The position numbers and the translations under genes were made by a program. 64,000 nt of DNA from assembly GCA_013265495.1 (NCBI GenBank), contig MU057555.1, forward strand, positions 1 through 64,000, given 5' to 3'. Of the stretch, positions 63,721 to 64,000 are shown in pieces. The stretch comes from Vicugna vicugna. Its lineage: Eukaryota. The notes beneath the pieces are model-generated. The model had not been told where the DNA came from and ran no database searches. It saw nothing but the letters and a program-made list of their open reading frames with translations. Positions within the stretch are counted from its first letter, which is position 1. The number at the start of each line of letters is the position of its first letter.

Positions 63721-64000
63721 AACCAAGGCCCTTTCTGACTCTAAAACTCAGTGTCTCCGTCTCCAAGTAGACGATGGCCTGCAGTCCCAAACCAGATCCT
63801 GAGGGGCAGGTCTGCCCTGCAGGCATAATCTGTGTGACCAAAACAAGTGTTTTAAATATTGGAAAATTTCACATGAAATTCTGTCTAGACTTTCTGCTTC
63901 TTTTGAAAAGTTGGCTGGTCTGGCCACGCTAGGCCCTCACCAGATGTGGCAGCCTTGGCCCTAGGCAGGGTGCGGGTGTCCTGGCCACCACAGACCCTGC

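Noticed and set aside
60745..64000. NFIX terminal exon (SWFL*)
   Set aside because: No matching acceptor and sequence found; it probably lies beyond the window end.

Overview
Mammalian genomic DNA covering most of the nuclear factor I X gene (NFIX) on the + strand. A camelid origin is likely, judged from three tRNA-Ala-derived SINEs and no recognisable Alu, B1 or Bov-tA elements. The window holds a probable alternative first coding exon (MEMSWARQSLAGIPAAC, 501-551), the 532-nt DNA-binding/dimerisation exon 2, a ~44-kb intron 2, and coding exons 3-10, all with GT-AG boundaries and consistent phase. The upstream canonical exon 1 and the last exon are outside the window. The introns contain old hAT/Tigger transposon fossils (about nine MER20-like copies), L1 and MIR fragments, microsatellites and one 112-N assembly gap. 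I found no prokaryote-type system (CRISPR, operon, defence island), and nearly all tracked ORFs are intronic noise. The best leads are regulatory and splicing-related: a D-box/E-box/MEF2 cluster, a symmetric SOX-FOX-homeobox-FOX-SOX element, a GATA:E-box cluster, an in-frame candidate cassette exon in intron 6, a YCAY (NOVA-type) cluster after exon 9, and inverted repeats bracketing exon blocks that could circularise. All are motif-level inferences; repeat family names were recognised from memory and need RepeatMasker confirmation.
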